A stretch of 36,553 nucleotides of DNA from a candidate division WOR-3 bacterium (GCA_027053075.1 JALUEE010000075.1:1-36553); one strand, 5' to 3'. Shown: positions 27,699 through 36,553, numbered from the stretch's first letter. Numbers and translations: made by a program. Notes: a model not told the origin generated them from the letters alone.

Positions 27699-28412
27699 AT
27701 GGCAAGATTTAACGGGGTAAAAATTAAGTATTATGGACATTCAGCTTTTAAGCTTACCTCCCCAGAAGGCAAAGTAGTTTTGATTGATCCGTGGTTAACG
27801 AATCCAATTGCACCGAAGGGAGCTCTTGATGAACTCGATAGGGTGGACTTGATTCTTGTTACCCACGGGCATGGCGATCACATTGGAGATACAGTGAGTA
27901 TTGCAAAGAAATTTGATGCTCCGGTGGCCGCAATCTTTGAAATTGCCGTGTGGTTGTCCGGTCAGGGTGTTTCAAATACCATCGGGATGAACAAGGATGG
28001 CACCATTGAGGTTGGCGGGATCAAGGCAACGATGGTGGATGCAACTCATTCATCTACTATTGACACCGGGAAAGGGTTTGCACCAGGTGGTGAAGCAGCA
28101 GGATTTATTGTAGAATTCGAGAATGGCCTTAAAGTTTACCACACAGGTGATACTGGATTTACTGGAGTAATGCCTATAATCGGAGATTTTTACAAGCCAG
28201 ACGTGCTGATGATACCCATTGGAAGTGTATTTACACTTGGTCCGAAATCAGCCGCTTATGCGGTGAAACTCATAAAGCCTAAGTGGGTAATTCCCATGCA
28301 TTTTGAGACTTTCCCGGTACTTACGGGTAAGCCTGAGGAGTTCAAGGAGGCACTTGATCCAGAGTACAGAGAGAGGCTGATTATCATGTATCCGGGAAAT
28401 GAGATAGAGTAG
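27699..28412 (+). CDS. metallo-beta-lactamase-fold metal-dependent hydrolase (UPF0173-like)
   Basis: YYGHS, LIDPW, THGHGDH, HTGDT, IPMH. Confidence 0.9.
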   Translation: MARFNGVKIKYYGHSAFKLTSPEGKVVLIDPWLTNPIAPKGALDELDRVDLILVTHGHGDHIGDTVSIAKKFDAPVAAIFEIAVWLSGQGVSNTIGMNKDGTIEVGGIKATMVDATHSSTIDTGKGFAPGGEAAGFIVEFENGLKVYHTGDTGFTGVMPIIGDFYKPDVLMIPIGSVFTLGPKSAAYAVKLIKPKWVIPMHFETFPVLTGKPEEFKEALDPEYRERLIIMYPGNEIE

Positions 28413-28439
28413 GATTTTTAACGAAGGATTTGTTTAAGC

Positions 28440-28470
28440 TGGGGGCGGGGCCCTTCGGGCCCCGCCCCCA
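28440..28470. terminator. 14-bp GC hairpin after the hydrolase (terminator or REP-like)
   Basis: TGGGGGCGGGGCCC-TTC-GGGCCCCGCCCCCA; only a weak, displaced U-rich tract. Confidence 0.55.
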
Positions 28471-28725
28471 CTCTAAGTTTATTTTCCAGCAATAGAAAAT
28501 TAACCTCCTTTTATTTATCTAAGTCCTAAAGCTCCTTTACCTTAGAGCCAATAAGCTCCCTACCTCCATGATCTGCCCCTGTGGAAGTGAGTGGATGGAG
28601 TGTTCCGCCTGGAAATTCAGCCAAATCCAATTTTTTCCTTTCAACTCCACTGGATAGTTCACTCTCTCACAGGTATCATTGGAATTCATACAATGCTGGA
28701 AGTGCTCAAAAGGAGGTGAGTTAAG

Positions 28726-28983
28726 ATGCCGATTTACGAGTACAGATGCAAAAAATGCGGAAAGGTCAAAGAATACCTCGTGCTCCCCGGTGAGGAAGAG
28801 CCCAAGTATTGTGATGAATGTGGTGGCGAATTGGAGAAATTACCATCATTTGGAGTGGGATTCGTTTTTAAAGGCTCAGGGTTCTATATCACAGATTACA
28901 AGCACAAGAATTACTCAAAAGGTGGTAACGGAAGAAAGGAGCACAAAGAGGAGAAGGCGGCAAAAGAAGCAAAGTCAGATTGA
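28726..28983 (+). CDS. FmdB-family zinc-ribbon protein
   Basis: MPIYEYRCKKCG...CDECGG...FKGSGFYITDY; SD AGGAGG. Confidence 0.92.
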   Translation: MPIYEYRCKKCGKVKEYLVLPGEEEPKYCDECGGELEKLPSFGVGFVFKGSGFYITDYKHKNYSKGGNGRKEHKEEKAAKEAKSD

Positions 28984-29008
28984 ATTAAAACCTGGCAGGA
29001 AATATAAT
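28980..29008 (+). promoter_or_regulatory. sigma70 promoter for dnaX, leaderless geometry
   Basis: TTGAAT-17 bp-TATAAT (29003-29008), 7 nt before ATG 29016. Confidence 0.65.
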
Positions 29009-29015
29009 TTCCCAG

Positions 29016-30662
29016 ATGAATTTACCCGTAAAGTACAGACCCAAAACCTTTGAGGAAGTTGCCGGTCAGCAGCATGTTACGCGAACTTTGCAGAACGCTT
29101 TGAAGACTGGTAGGATTTCTCAGGCCTATTTATTCGCTGGTCCACGAGGAGTGGGAAAAACTACAACTGCCAGAATACTTGCAAAGGGACTCAACTGCGA
29201 AAAGGGTGTAACCCCACATCCCTGCAATCAGTGCGAGATATGTAGAGAAATTGACGAGGGTAAAAGCCTTGATGTTATTGAGATCGACGGCGCTTCCAAC
29301 AGGGGCATTGAAGAAATTCGCAGCCTGAGAGAAAAGATAAGGTTTACCCCGGCCAAGGCCCGGTACAAGGTTTACATCATTGATGAGGTTCACATGCTTA
29401 CAACCGAGGCTTTCAATGCCCTGCTTAAGACTCTCGAGGAACCGCCACCTCACGTGATTTTTATTTTCGCAACCACCGAGCCGAGAAAGATTCCAGAGAC
29501 GGTTATCTCGAGGACTCAGAGGTTTGATTTCAGGCCACTTTCAAAGAAAGAAATTGCTGAACGGCTGAAATTTGTCGCGGAGAAAGAAGGCATTGAGGTC
29601 CATCCAGATGCCCTTATGAGGATTGCAAAGTATGCCGATGGTTCGCTAAGAGATGGTCTTGCCCTCCTTGAACAGCTCTACGTATTTTCCAACGGCCCGA
29701 TTAAGGTCGAGGACGTAAATCAGGTTCTTGGAATCATTGACGAGGAAATTTTTGTAAAAATAATCGAATCTGCACTCAAGGGGAATACCAAAGATGTTCT
29801 TGAGATGGCAAACAATGCCTTTGACCAGGGCTACAGCGTTCATGAGTTTACACGTAGTTTTAGCGAAGCGGTGCAGGAGTTGACGAGGGCAAAATTTTAT
29901 GGAGAGAAAAATCCATTTTATGAGCTCGCACAGAAGATTTCAAAGAGCCAGCTTGTAGCTACCATGAAGATTGCCCTGGATATGGAAGAAGTTGCAAGAT
30001 ATACGCAGAATCCGAGAGTGGGTATAGACTATCAGCTTATAAGGCTTTCTTATCTTGATAAAATCCTGAGAATTGACAAAGTCCTCGAAGAGGCCGGTGT
30101 TTACTTGGTGGAAGAGCGTCCAATCGAGAAGAAACATGAAGAGCCAAAAAAGCCCGAAGAGAGAAAAGAAGCTGGGCATGTGACGGAGAAGGAAGAGCCA
30201 CAGGAGAGCTTGAAAGAGCGACTTATGGACCTCCTTGAAGAAAAGGCCAAAAAAGAGCCGCAGCAACCTGAAGAGAAAAAAGCAGATGAAGAAGTCATAA
30301 GAGCCGCTGAGGAGGAAAAAGTCGAGAAAGATGAGGTTGGTGTAATCGAGAGAGATAAGTTATTAAAAACTCTTGAAGAGCATATCCCTTTTGTTACCAC
30401 TGTTATTGAGAAGTCTTATTTGAGAATAGACAACAGCAATATATTCGTGGGGGTGAAGGATGATTTTGAGAAGGACCTTGTTCTGAGACATCGTAACAAA
30501 ATACTTTTCATTTTGTACGACAGGTTTAAAACCAAATTTTCGTTACTGGTTGATATAGTTGATGAGGAGGTGAGAGCGTCCGAAGAGAAAGAAGATAACC
30601 TGTCACCTGCCCTCAAAAAGCTGATGGACAAGTTTGATCTGGAGGTGATAAAAGATGTTTAA
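29016..30662 (+). CDS. dnaX: DNA polymerase III subunit gamma/tau
   Basis: KYRPKTF, GPRGVGKTT, Zn module C..PC..C..C, IDEVHML, LLKTLEEPP; charged linker and C-terminal domain. Confidence 0.96.
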   Translation: MNLPVKYRPKTFEEVAGQQHVTRTLQNALKTGRISQAYLFAGPRGVGKTTTARILAKGLNCEKGVTPHPCNQCEICREIDEGKSLDVIEIDGASNRGIEEIRSLREKIRFTPAKARYKVYIIDEVHMLTTEAFNALLKTLEEPPPHVIFIFATTEPRKIPETVISRTQRFDFRPLSKKEIAERLKFVAEKEGIEVHPDALMRIAKYADGSLRDGLALLEQLYVFSNGPIKVEDVNQVLGIIDEEIFVKIIESALKGNTKDVLEMANNAFDQGYSVHEFTRSFSEAVQELTRAKFYGEKNPFYELAQKISKSQLVATMKIALDMEEVARYTQNPRVGIDYQLIRLSYLDKILRIDKVLEEAGVYLVEERPIEKKHEEPKKPEERKEAGHVTEKEEPQESLKERLMDLLEEKAKKEPQQPEEKKADEEVIRAAEEEKVEKDEVGVIERDKLLKTLEEHIPFVTTVIEKSYLRIDNSNIFVGVKDDFEKDLVLRHRNKILFILYDRFKTKFSLLVDIVDEEVRASEEKEDNLSPALKKLMDKFDLEVIKDV

Positions 30663-30981
30663 ATTTGCGGAAACACTTAAGAACATGTTTCTTGTCAAAT
30701 CCAAGCTCGACGAGCTGCAGAAGGCTTTGAAAAACAGGAAAGTGGAAGTTGAAGTTGGAGGTGGGCTGGTAAAGGTGGTCATGGATGCCCAGCAAAATGT
30801 TCTTGATATTGAAATTGATGATTCACTTCTGAGTGACAAAAAGATGCTTCACGATCTCCTTTTATCGGCATTGAGTGAAGGTAAGAGACGTGCCCAGGAG
30901 GCGGCGACAGAGGAGATGCAAAAAATTCTTGGCGATTTAGGCGGTGACTTGGGCGATGTGGGTTCCCTTATCCCTTCGTAA
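30655..30981 (+). CDS. ybaB: YbaB/EbfC nucleoid-associated protein
   Basis: GGGLVKV, 'MLHDLLLSA'; conserved dnaX-ybaB-recR order. Confidence 0.9.
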   Translation: MFKFAETLKNMFLVKSKLDELQKALKNRKVEVEVGGGLVKVVMDAQQNVLDIEIDDSLLSDKKMLHDLLLSALSEGKRRAQEAATEEMQKILGDLGGDLGDVGSLIPS

Positions 30982-31549
30982 GCTAATAGAGACTTTAAAA
31001 AAACTCCCAGGTATTGGCGAACGGTCTGCTGAAAGGATTGCCTTTCATCTGCTTAAAAGACCCGATGAGCTCGAGTCTCTTATAAATGTTCTGGAAGACG
31101 CTAAGGAGAGCCTGACCTTCTGCTCAATATGTCACGTAATTACAGATGCTGATCCCTGTCCCATTTGCACGGATCCAACTCGTGATAGTGATGTTGTTTG
31201 TGTCGTAGAGAGGCCACAGGACGTGTTCTTAATAGAGAAATCAGGTTTCTATCATGGGAAATACCATGTTCTTGGTGGAGTTATATCACCTCTCCATGGA
31301 GTTTCTCCGGATGACCTCTATATTGATGACCTTGTGGAGAGGATTAAAAAGGAAGGGATAAAGGAAGTGATTCTTGCCCTTTCTCCGACTATCGAGGGAG
31401 ATACAACCTCTATTTACATCAAAGAAAAATTGAAGGGCATGGATGTGAAAATTACCAGAATTGCAAGGGGTTTGCCAACAGGCATAGACCTATCCTTTTC
31501 AGATGCTTTAACACTAAAGGAGGCGATCCAGGGTCGCCGCGAATTATAA
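30956..31549 (+). CDS. recR: recombination protein RecR
   Basis: LPGIG.RSA.R.A, C..C..C..C zinc finger, YHVLGG.ISP, TOPRIM 'PTIEGDTT'; probable ATG 30956. Confidence 0.96.
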   Translation: MWVPLSLRKLIETLKKLPGIGERSAERIAFHLLKRPDELESLINVLEDAKESLTFCSICHVITDADPCPICTDPTRDSDVVCVVERPQDVFLIEKSGFYHGKYHVLGGVISPLHGVSPDDLYIDDLVERIKKEGIKEVILALSPTIEGDTTSIYIKEKLKGMDVKITRIARGLPTGIDLSFSDALTLKEAIQGRREL

Positions 31550-31559
31550 GGAGGTAACC

Positions 31560-32876
31560 ATGAGAAGAATTTTGTTAGCATCAGTTATGCTCTCGTCTTT
31601 TGTCTTTGGAGGTGTAAACCTGACCATTTATAGCGAGGGTCTCGGGCTCATAAATGAGACGAGGACAGTATTTGTTCCCTCGGACACTGGAGTTGTCGAT
31701 ATTACTGGAGTTGCCGAGAAGATTGACCCTACAAGTGTAAGAATTGATATCCCGGGAGTTACTGTACTTGAGGAAAACTATGTATATGATGTGGCATCAC
31801 TCAACAGTTTGCTCCAAAAGATGAAGGGGAAAGTTATTGATGTGGTGCTTAAAGGCGGGACGGTATTGAGTGGAACATTGCTTAACTATGATACGGGAGC
31901 AATCATACTCGCCCAGGAAGGCAGAATATCCGTGATAAAGAGAAGCAACGTTGTTCAGGTTAATTTGAGCTCGCTGCCTAAGGGGTTGGTAACTGAGCCT
32001 ACACTGGAGCTCAGAACAGCCTCGCCAGATTCCGGTCACAAAAATCTTAGACTTTCCTATTTGACAGGTGGATTGAACTGGCAGGCGGAGTATGTGGGTG
32101 TTATGGAGGGCGATAGTTTGAGTTTCAATGCATGGATTTCTATTGACAATCAGAGTGGTGCAGATTACAGAGATGTGAAAATAAAGCTGGTGGCGGGAAA
32201 GATTAGAAAGATCCAGCAGGTGCCTCAGCAACCTCTCTATCAGCCTATAAAAGCCGCGGCTGTTCCTGAGAAAAATGCCCCTCCTGTGACTTCGGGTAAG
32301 CTATTTGAATACCATACCTACACCCTGAATTTTCTCACTACCCTTAAAAACAACGAAAAGAAACAGGTAAACTTTATTTCCGGTAAAAAGGTGAAATACG
32401 AGAAGATTTACCAGTATGACGGTAGAGGCGAAAATGTTAAGGTTATCCTGAAGTTCAAAAACGATAAGACCCAGGGGCTTGGAGTTGCTTTACCTGAAGG
32501 TATCGTCAAAATTTTCAAAGTTGATAAAGATGGCACAAAGGAATTTATCGGCGAGGATAAAATAAACCATACCCCAGCAGGTGGTGAGGTAAACCTTTAC
32601 GTTGGAGATGCCTTTGATATCAAGGCGAAAAGAACCATCCTGAAGCGTTATAAACTTTCTGAAAGAGAACAGGAGCAGGATATTAAGGTCGTTATCAACA
32701 ACTTCAAAGACAAGGATGTCACAGTTCATGTTATTGACCATTTTTACGGATTCTGGGAAATTGTTCAGTCCACACACGCACCAAAGCTGAAAGATGCCTA
32801 CACGGTGGAGTTTGTTGTCCCTGTAAAAGCCCACAACAAGGCAGAGCTTGTTTACCGCGTTAGACAAACATGGTAA
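31560..32876 (+). CDS. DUF4139 domain-containing exported protein
   Basis: Signal peptide, LTIY..GLGLI.E.R, IDPTSV, LSYLTGGLNW.A.Y, FIGED.I.HTP, G.AFD. Confidence 0.85.
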   Translation: MRRILLASVMLSSFVFGGVNLTIYSEGLGLINETRTVFVPSDTGVVDITGVAEKIDPTSVRIDIPGVTVLEENYVYDVASLNSLLQKMKGKVIDVVLKGGTVLSGTLLNYDTGAIILAQEGRISVIKRSNVVQVNLSSLPKGLVTEPTLELRTASPDSGHKNLRLSYLTGGLNWQAEYVGVMEGDSLSFNAWISIDNQSGADYRDVKIKLVAGKIRKIQQVPQQPLYQPIKAAAVPEKNAPPVTSGKLFEYHTYTLNFLTTLKNNEKKQVNFISGKKVKYEKIYQYDGRGENVKVILKFKNDKTQGLGVALPEGIVKIFKVDKDGTKEFIGEDKINHTPAGGEVNLYVGDAFDIKAKRTILKRYKLSEREQEQDIKVVINNFKDKDVTVHVIDHFYGFWEIVQSTHAPKLKDAYTVEFVVPVKAHNKAELVYRVRQTW

Positions 32877-33511
32877 ACATTATCGATCTTGGAAGGGCCT
32901 CATACAAAGAGGTATGGGACCTTCAGCTGGAGCTGGTAGAGAAAAGAAAAGCTGACAAAATTCCTGATACTCTTGTACTTGTGGAACATTCACACGTGAT
33001 AACAATTGGGAAGCACGGAGACGAGGCCAATATAAAACTGCCAGTGAATAAATTGAGAGAAAACGGCATAGATTATTTTAGAGTGGACAGAGGCGGAGAT
33101 GTGACTTACCACGGGCCAGGCCAGATTGTTGGATATACCATCTATAAAATCAATGGACACATCGGTGGATTGAGGAAATTTATCTATTACATGGAGGATG
33201 CTATCATCGAAGTCCTGCAAGATTATGGAATCGAAGCCCACAGGGACCCGAATATCATTGGAGTCTGGGTAGGAAATGACAAAATTGCGGCCATAGGACT
33301 TGCACTTACGGAAAGTGTAACTTATCATGGGTTTGCACTTAACGTAAATACAGACCTGAAATTTTTCGACATGATTATTCCATGCGGTTTAAGGGACAAG
33401 GGAATCACTTCCATGGAGAAACTGCTGGGGAAAAAATTAGACATGGCCGAAGTGAAATCGAAAATATCCGATAAACTATCACAGAACTGGAGGAAACACC
33501 TTCTTTCATAG
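32870..33511 (+). CDS. lipB: octanoyltransferase LipB
   Basis: VEH..V.T.G, DRGGDVTYHGPGQ, KIAAIG, HGFALN, IIPCG. Confidence 0.95.
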   Translation: MVNIIDLGRASYKEVWDLQLELVEKRKADKIPDTLVLVEHSHVITIGKHGDEANIKLPVNKLRENGIDYFRVDRGGDVTYHGPGQIVGYTIYKINGHIGGLRKFIYYMEDAIIEVLQDYGIEAHRDPNIIGVWVGNDKIAAIGLALTESVTYHGFALNVNTDLKFFDMIIPCGLRDKGITSMEKLLGKKLDMAEVKSKISDKLSQNWRKHLLS

Positions 33512-33585
33512 TATTCAAAGCAGTTTTCCCATCAATCCTTTATTAAGTGCAAGTGGGATGTTATCATATAAAAGGAGAAGTGGAG

Positions 33586-34449
33586 ATGTTAAGGAAACCT
33601 GAATGGCTTAAGGTAAAATTGCCAGGTGCTGGTGAATTTCCAGAGGTAAAATCTATATTGAGGCATTATCACCTTCACACTGTATGTGAAGAGGCCCACT
33701 GCCCAAACCTCGGTGAATGCTGGGGCAGTGGAACCGCAACCATAATGATACTTGGTGAAATGTGTACACGTTCCTGCAAATTTTGCGCCACGAAAACGGG
33801 CAATCCTCATGGTGCATTGGAGAAAGACGAGCCCCTGAGAGTTGCTCAAGCGGTAAGAGAAATGGGACTTGATTACGTGGTTCTCACATCCGTTACTCGC
33901 GACGATTTGCCGGATGGTGGAGCACATCATTTCGCAGAAACCATCAGGATGATAAAAAAATTGGCTCCGGATGCACTTATTGAGGTCTTAATCCCGGATT
34001 ATACGGGAGAGAATTTAAAACCTGTTGTTGAAGCTCATCCCGATGTTATTGGCCACAACATTGAAACGGTAAAAAGACTAACAAGGGCAGTGAGAGATTG
34101 GAGATTTTCATACGAAAAGTCCCTCAAAGTTTTAGAGGAAGTAAAGGAACTTGACCCCACGATTTACACGAAATCCAGCATCATGCTCGGATTGGGAGAG
34201 ACAAAGGAAGAAGTTATAGAAGCCATGCAAGACCTGCGCAGAATTGACGTTGATTTCTTTACCCTCGGCCAGTATTTGCGTCCAACTCACAAACACTACC
34301 CGGTGGCAAGATTTATTCCTCCTGAAGAATTTAAAGAATATGAGAGAATAGGCCTTGAGATGGGATTTAAATACGTTGCCTCTGGTCCCCTTGTGAGAAG
34401 CTCCTACAAGGCGGCAGAGTATTTCATCAAAAACATAATCAAAGGATAG
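33586..34449 (+). CDS. lipA: lipoyl synthase LipA
   Basis: RKPEWLK, CEEAHCPNLGEC, CTRSCKFC, RSSY; ATG 33586. Confidence 0.96.
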   Translation: MLRKPEWLKVKLPGAGEFPEVKSILRHYHLHTVCEEAHCPNLGECWGSGTATIMILGEMCTRSCKFCATKTGNPHGALEKDEPLRVAQAVREMGLDYVVLTSVTRDDLPDGGAHHFAETIRMIKKLAPDALIEVLIPDYTGENLKPVVEAHPDVIGHNIETVKRLTRAVRDWRFSYEKSLKVLEEVKELDPTIYTKSSIMLGLGETKEEVIEAMQDLRRIDVDFFTLGQYLRPTHKHYPVARFIPPEEFKEYERIGLEMGFKYVASGPLVRSSYKAAEYFIKNIIKG

Positions 34450-34452
34450 AAG

Positions 34453-36531
34453 ATGTTTGGCATCAAGAAAATAGACCCGGATGTGCTGTTGAAGGACCTC
34501 AATCCGCGACAGAGAGAGGCTGTTTTGCAGGTTGATGGACCTGTGCTTGTTATCGCTGGTGCGGGGTCAGGCAAGACCCGTGTTCTTACCTACAGAATCG
34601 CCTATCTTATCGGTGTTTTAGGTGTTTCACCCTTCCAGATATTTGCCGCTACTTTCACAAACAAAGCTGCCCAGGAGATGAGAGAAAGGGTCGAAAAACT
34701 GATCGAAACCGATATCTCTGACATGTGGATCGGGACCTTCCATTCCATGTGCGCAAGGATATTGAGAAGACACGCAAAATCCCTTGGATACAGCTCAAAC
34801 TTTACCATCTATGACAGAACTGACCAGAGAAACCTGGTTAAAACCATTGTGGGAGAAAACACGCGGTTTAAGCCCCAGAAGCTCGTATCCAGAATTTCTT
34901 CATATAAAAACGGTGCCTATATCCCGGAAGACGAGGAGGAGATCAGGATTTTCAAAAAGTATCAGGAACTTATGAAGCTTAATAACGCACTCGACTTTGA
35001 TGACCTTCTGCTCCTGACGATCAAGCTTTTTGAAGAATTCCCAGAGATTAAAGAATACTATGCTGATAAGTTTCACTACGTCCATGTGGATGAGTATCAG
35101 GACACCAATAGAACCCAATACAGGTTGCTTCTCCACCTTTCGTCAAAGCACAGAAACATTTTTGCAGTAGGTGATGAGGACCAGTCGATTTACGGCTTCC
35201 GTGGGGCGGATATACGGAATATTCTGGACTTTGAAAAGGATTTTTCGGAAGCCAGAATCATAAGGCTCGAGCAAAACTACAGGTCTACCAAAACTATACT
35301 TAAGGCAGCCACAGAAGTCATTTCAAGAAATCGCTACAGAAGGGGTAAGACTCTCTGGACAGAAAATCCTGTGGGCGAGAAAATCAAACTCATTTCGGCC
35401 CGCGACGAAATGGATGAAGCCGAAAAAATTGTGAACCTGATTTACGGATCAGGAAGACCATACAAAGACTTTGTAATACTTTATCGGACCAATGCCCAGT
35501 CGAGAGCGTTTGAGCAGGTTTTGAGAAACTACAATATCCCTTACACTATCGTGGGAGGCATCAAATTCTACGAGAGGAAAGAGATAAAGGATATTCTCGC
35601 CTATTTAAAAATCCTTGTAAATCCTCAGGATGAAGTTTCCCTGCTCAGAATTTTGAATGTTCCTGCGCGTGGTATTGGAAAGAAAACAGTCGAGTTCTTA
35701 CGAGATTTTGCAGAGAGGAACAATCTTTCCCTGTTTGAGACACTGCAGTTTGCGGAAAATTTTGGAGGCATCCGGGCGAACACAAAATTGAGGATGAAAG
35801 AATTTTACGACACAATTACCTTCCTAAGAGAATATGCAAAGGAACATACTGCCTACGAGGTGGCTAAAAAGCTTATTCAGCTTGTTGACTACAGAGAGTA
35901 CATTATTCACACATACGGCCAGAATTCTATTGAAACCGAATCTAAATTTGAGAATATCGATGAACTGCTTGGCTCTATAAGACGGTTTAGTGAAGAAGTA
36001 GTTGATCCCACAGTTGAAAATTACATTACCTCCGTCTCTCTGCTGACTGATGTAGATGAATGGAATGATAGGGAAAATGTGGTCACTTTAATGACGGTGC
36101 ACAATGCCAAGGGACTTGAGTTTCCCATTGTGATAATCACCGGACTTGAGGAAACGGTTTTTCCGCATATTTCAAGTTTCGGGGACGAGTTTGAGCTGGA
36201 AGAGGAAAGGCGTCTATTCCATGTCGCTTTAACCCGTGCGAAGGAGAAAGTTATTCTGTCCTTTGCTACCAGGCGATCCATAAGACCAAAGAATACTCTC
36301 CAGGTTTCCAGGTTTGTTACGGAAATACCGGAAGACGTTATTGAATCGGATAGACCCATTTCTGAGGGACCAAAATATGAACCCCAAAGATTTAAGGTGG
36401 GAGACAATGTTTACCACAACTTTTTCGGATTTGGCCAGGTAATTAAAGTTTCGGATGGTAAAGTTGAAGTCAGGTTCCAGAGTGGTTTGAAAAAGATTCG
36501 CTCCGATTCAAACAAACTCAGAAAAGTATGA
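34453..36531 (+). CDS. pcrA: ATP-dependent DNA helicase PcrA/UvrD
   Basis: AGAGSGKT, TFTNKAA, DEYQD, GDEDQSIY, QNYRS, H.AKGLEF, EERRLF.VA.TRA, C-terminal Tudor-like 'VYH..FG.G'. Confidence 0.95.
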   Translation: MFGIKKIDPDVLLKDLNPRQREAVLQVDGPVLVIAGAGSGKTRVLTYRIAYLIGVLGVSPFQIFAATFTNKAAQEMRERVEKLIETDISDMWIGTFHSMCARILRRHAKSLGYSSNFTIYDRTDQRNLVKTIVGENTRFKPQKLVSRISSYKNGAYIPEDEEEIRIFKKYQELMKLNNALDFDDLLLLTIKLFEEFPEIKEYYADKFHYVHVDEYQDTNRTQYRLLLHLSSKHRNIFAVGDEDQSIYGFRGADIRNILDFEKDFSEARIIRLEQNYRSTKTILKAATEVISRNRYRRGKTLWTENPVGEKIKLISARDEMDEAEKIVNLIYGSGRPYKDFVILYRTNAQSRAFEQVLRNYNIPYTIVGGIKFYERKEIKDILAYLKILVNPQDEVSLLRILNVPARGIGKKTVEFLRDFAERNNLSLFETLQFAENFGGIRANTKLRMKEFYDTITFLREYAKEHTAYEVAKKLIQLVDYREYIIHTYGQNSIETESKFENIDELLGSIRRFSEEVVDPTVENYITSVSLLTDVDEWNDRENVVTLMTVHNAKGLEFPIVIITGLEETVFPHISSFGDEFELEEERRLFHVALTRAKEKVILSFATRRSIRPKNTLQVSRFVTEIPEDVIESDRPISEGPKYEPQRFKVGDNVYHNFFGFGQVIKVSDGKVEVRFQSGLKKIRSDSNKLRKV

Positions 36532-36553
36532 AAAAGCTGTTTGCGATAACTAT
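36528..36553 (+). CDS. 5' end of the next gene (signal-peptide-like start, runs off the window)
   Basis: ATGA overlap with the pcrA stop; reads MKKLFAIT. Confidence 0.4.

Noticed and set aside
28537..28689. 50-codon minus-strand ORF MNSNDTCERVNYPVELKGKNWIWLNF...
   Set aside because: No SD at the start and no recognisable family; cannot be supported without a search
28471..29015. SRP RNA (ffs) or tRNA-Ser, often found upstream of dnaX
   Set aside because: No CAGG...GGAA...AGCAG domain IV motif and no tRNA cloverleaf visible
1..36553. CRISPR array, defence system, prophage or rRNA
   Set aside because: No regularly spaced direct repeats, and no cas, phage, restriction or rRNA signatures seen

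Overview
Bacterial chromosomal segment with no prophage, CRISPR or rRNA; the lipoprotein, beta-barrel-like and Tat-exported proteins suggest a diderm facultative or strict anaerobe, and the E/K-rich proteins are thermophile-like (taxonomy cannot be fixed from sequence alone). From left to right: a DUF2089 gene pair; a 673-bp degenerate IS5/IS4-type element with terminal inverted repeats; a minus-strand envelope cluster (lipoprotein, beta-barrel-like protein, ICMT/PEMT-type methyltransferase, ECF sigma, anti-sigma, five-repeat Ig-like protein); nifS-DUF318/HMA permease-nifU; a nikMNQO-hypE operon divergent from a complete Hyd-2-like [NiFe]-hydrogenase operon (hybOABC, maturation protease, hypABFCD); then housekeeping genes (rpmB, GNAT, OsmC-like, tRNA-Leu(CAG), acpP, fabF, orphan substrate-binding protein, MBL hydrolase, FmdB-like, dnaX-ybaB-recR, DUF4139, lipB, lipA, pcrA). 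The best non-obvious signals are: recurrent promoters 6-9 nt from start codons, implying leaderless mRNAs (including dnaX, nikM and the ECF sigma); a readable autoregulatory ECF promoter GGAAC-N17-GTCTAA; a metal permease embedded between nifS and nifU; hypE relocated into the nickel-uptake operon; GTGG-headed REP-like palindromes; and a dnaX A-AAA-AAG slippery site. All calls come from motif recognition by eye; no database searches were run.
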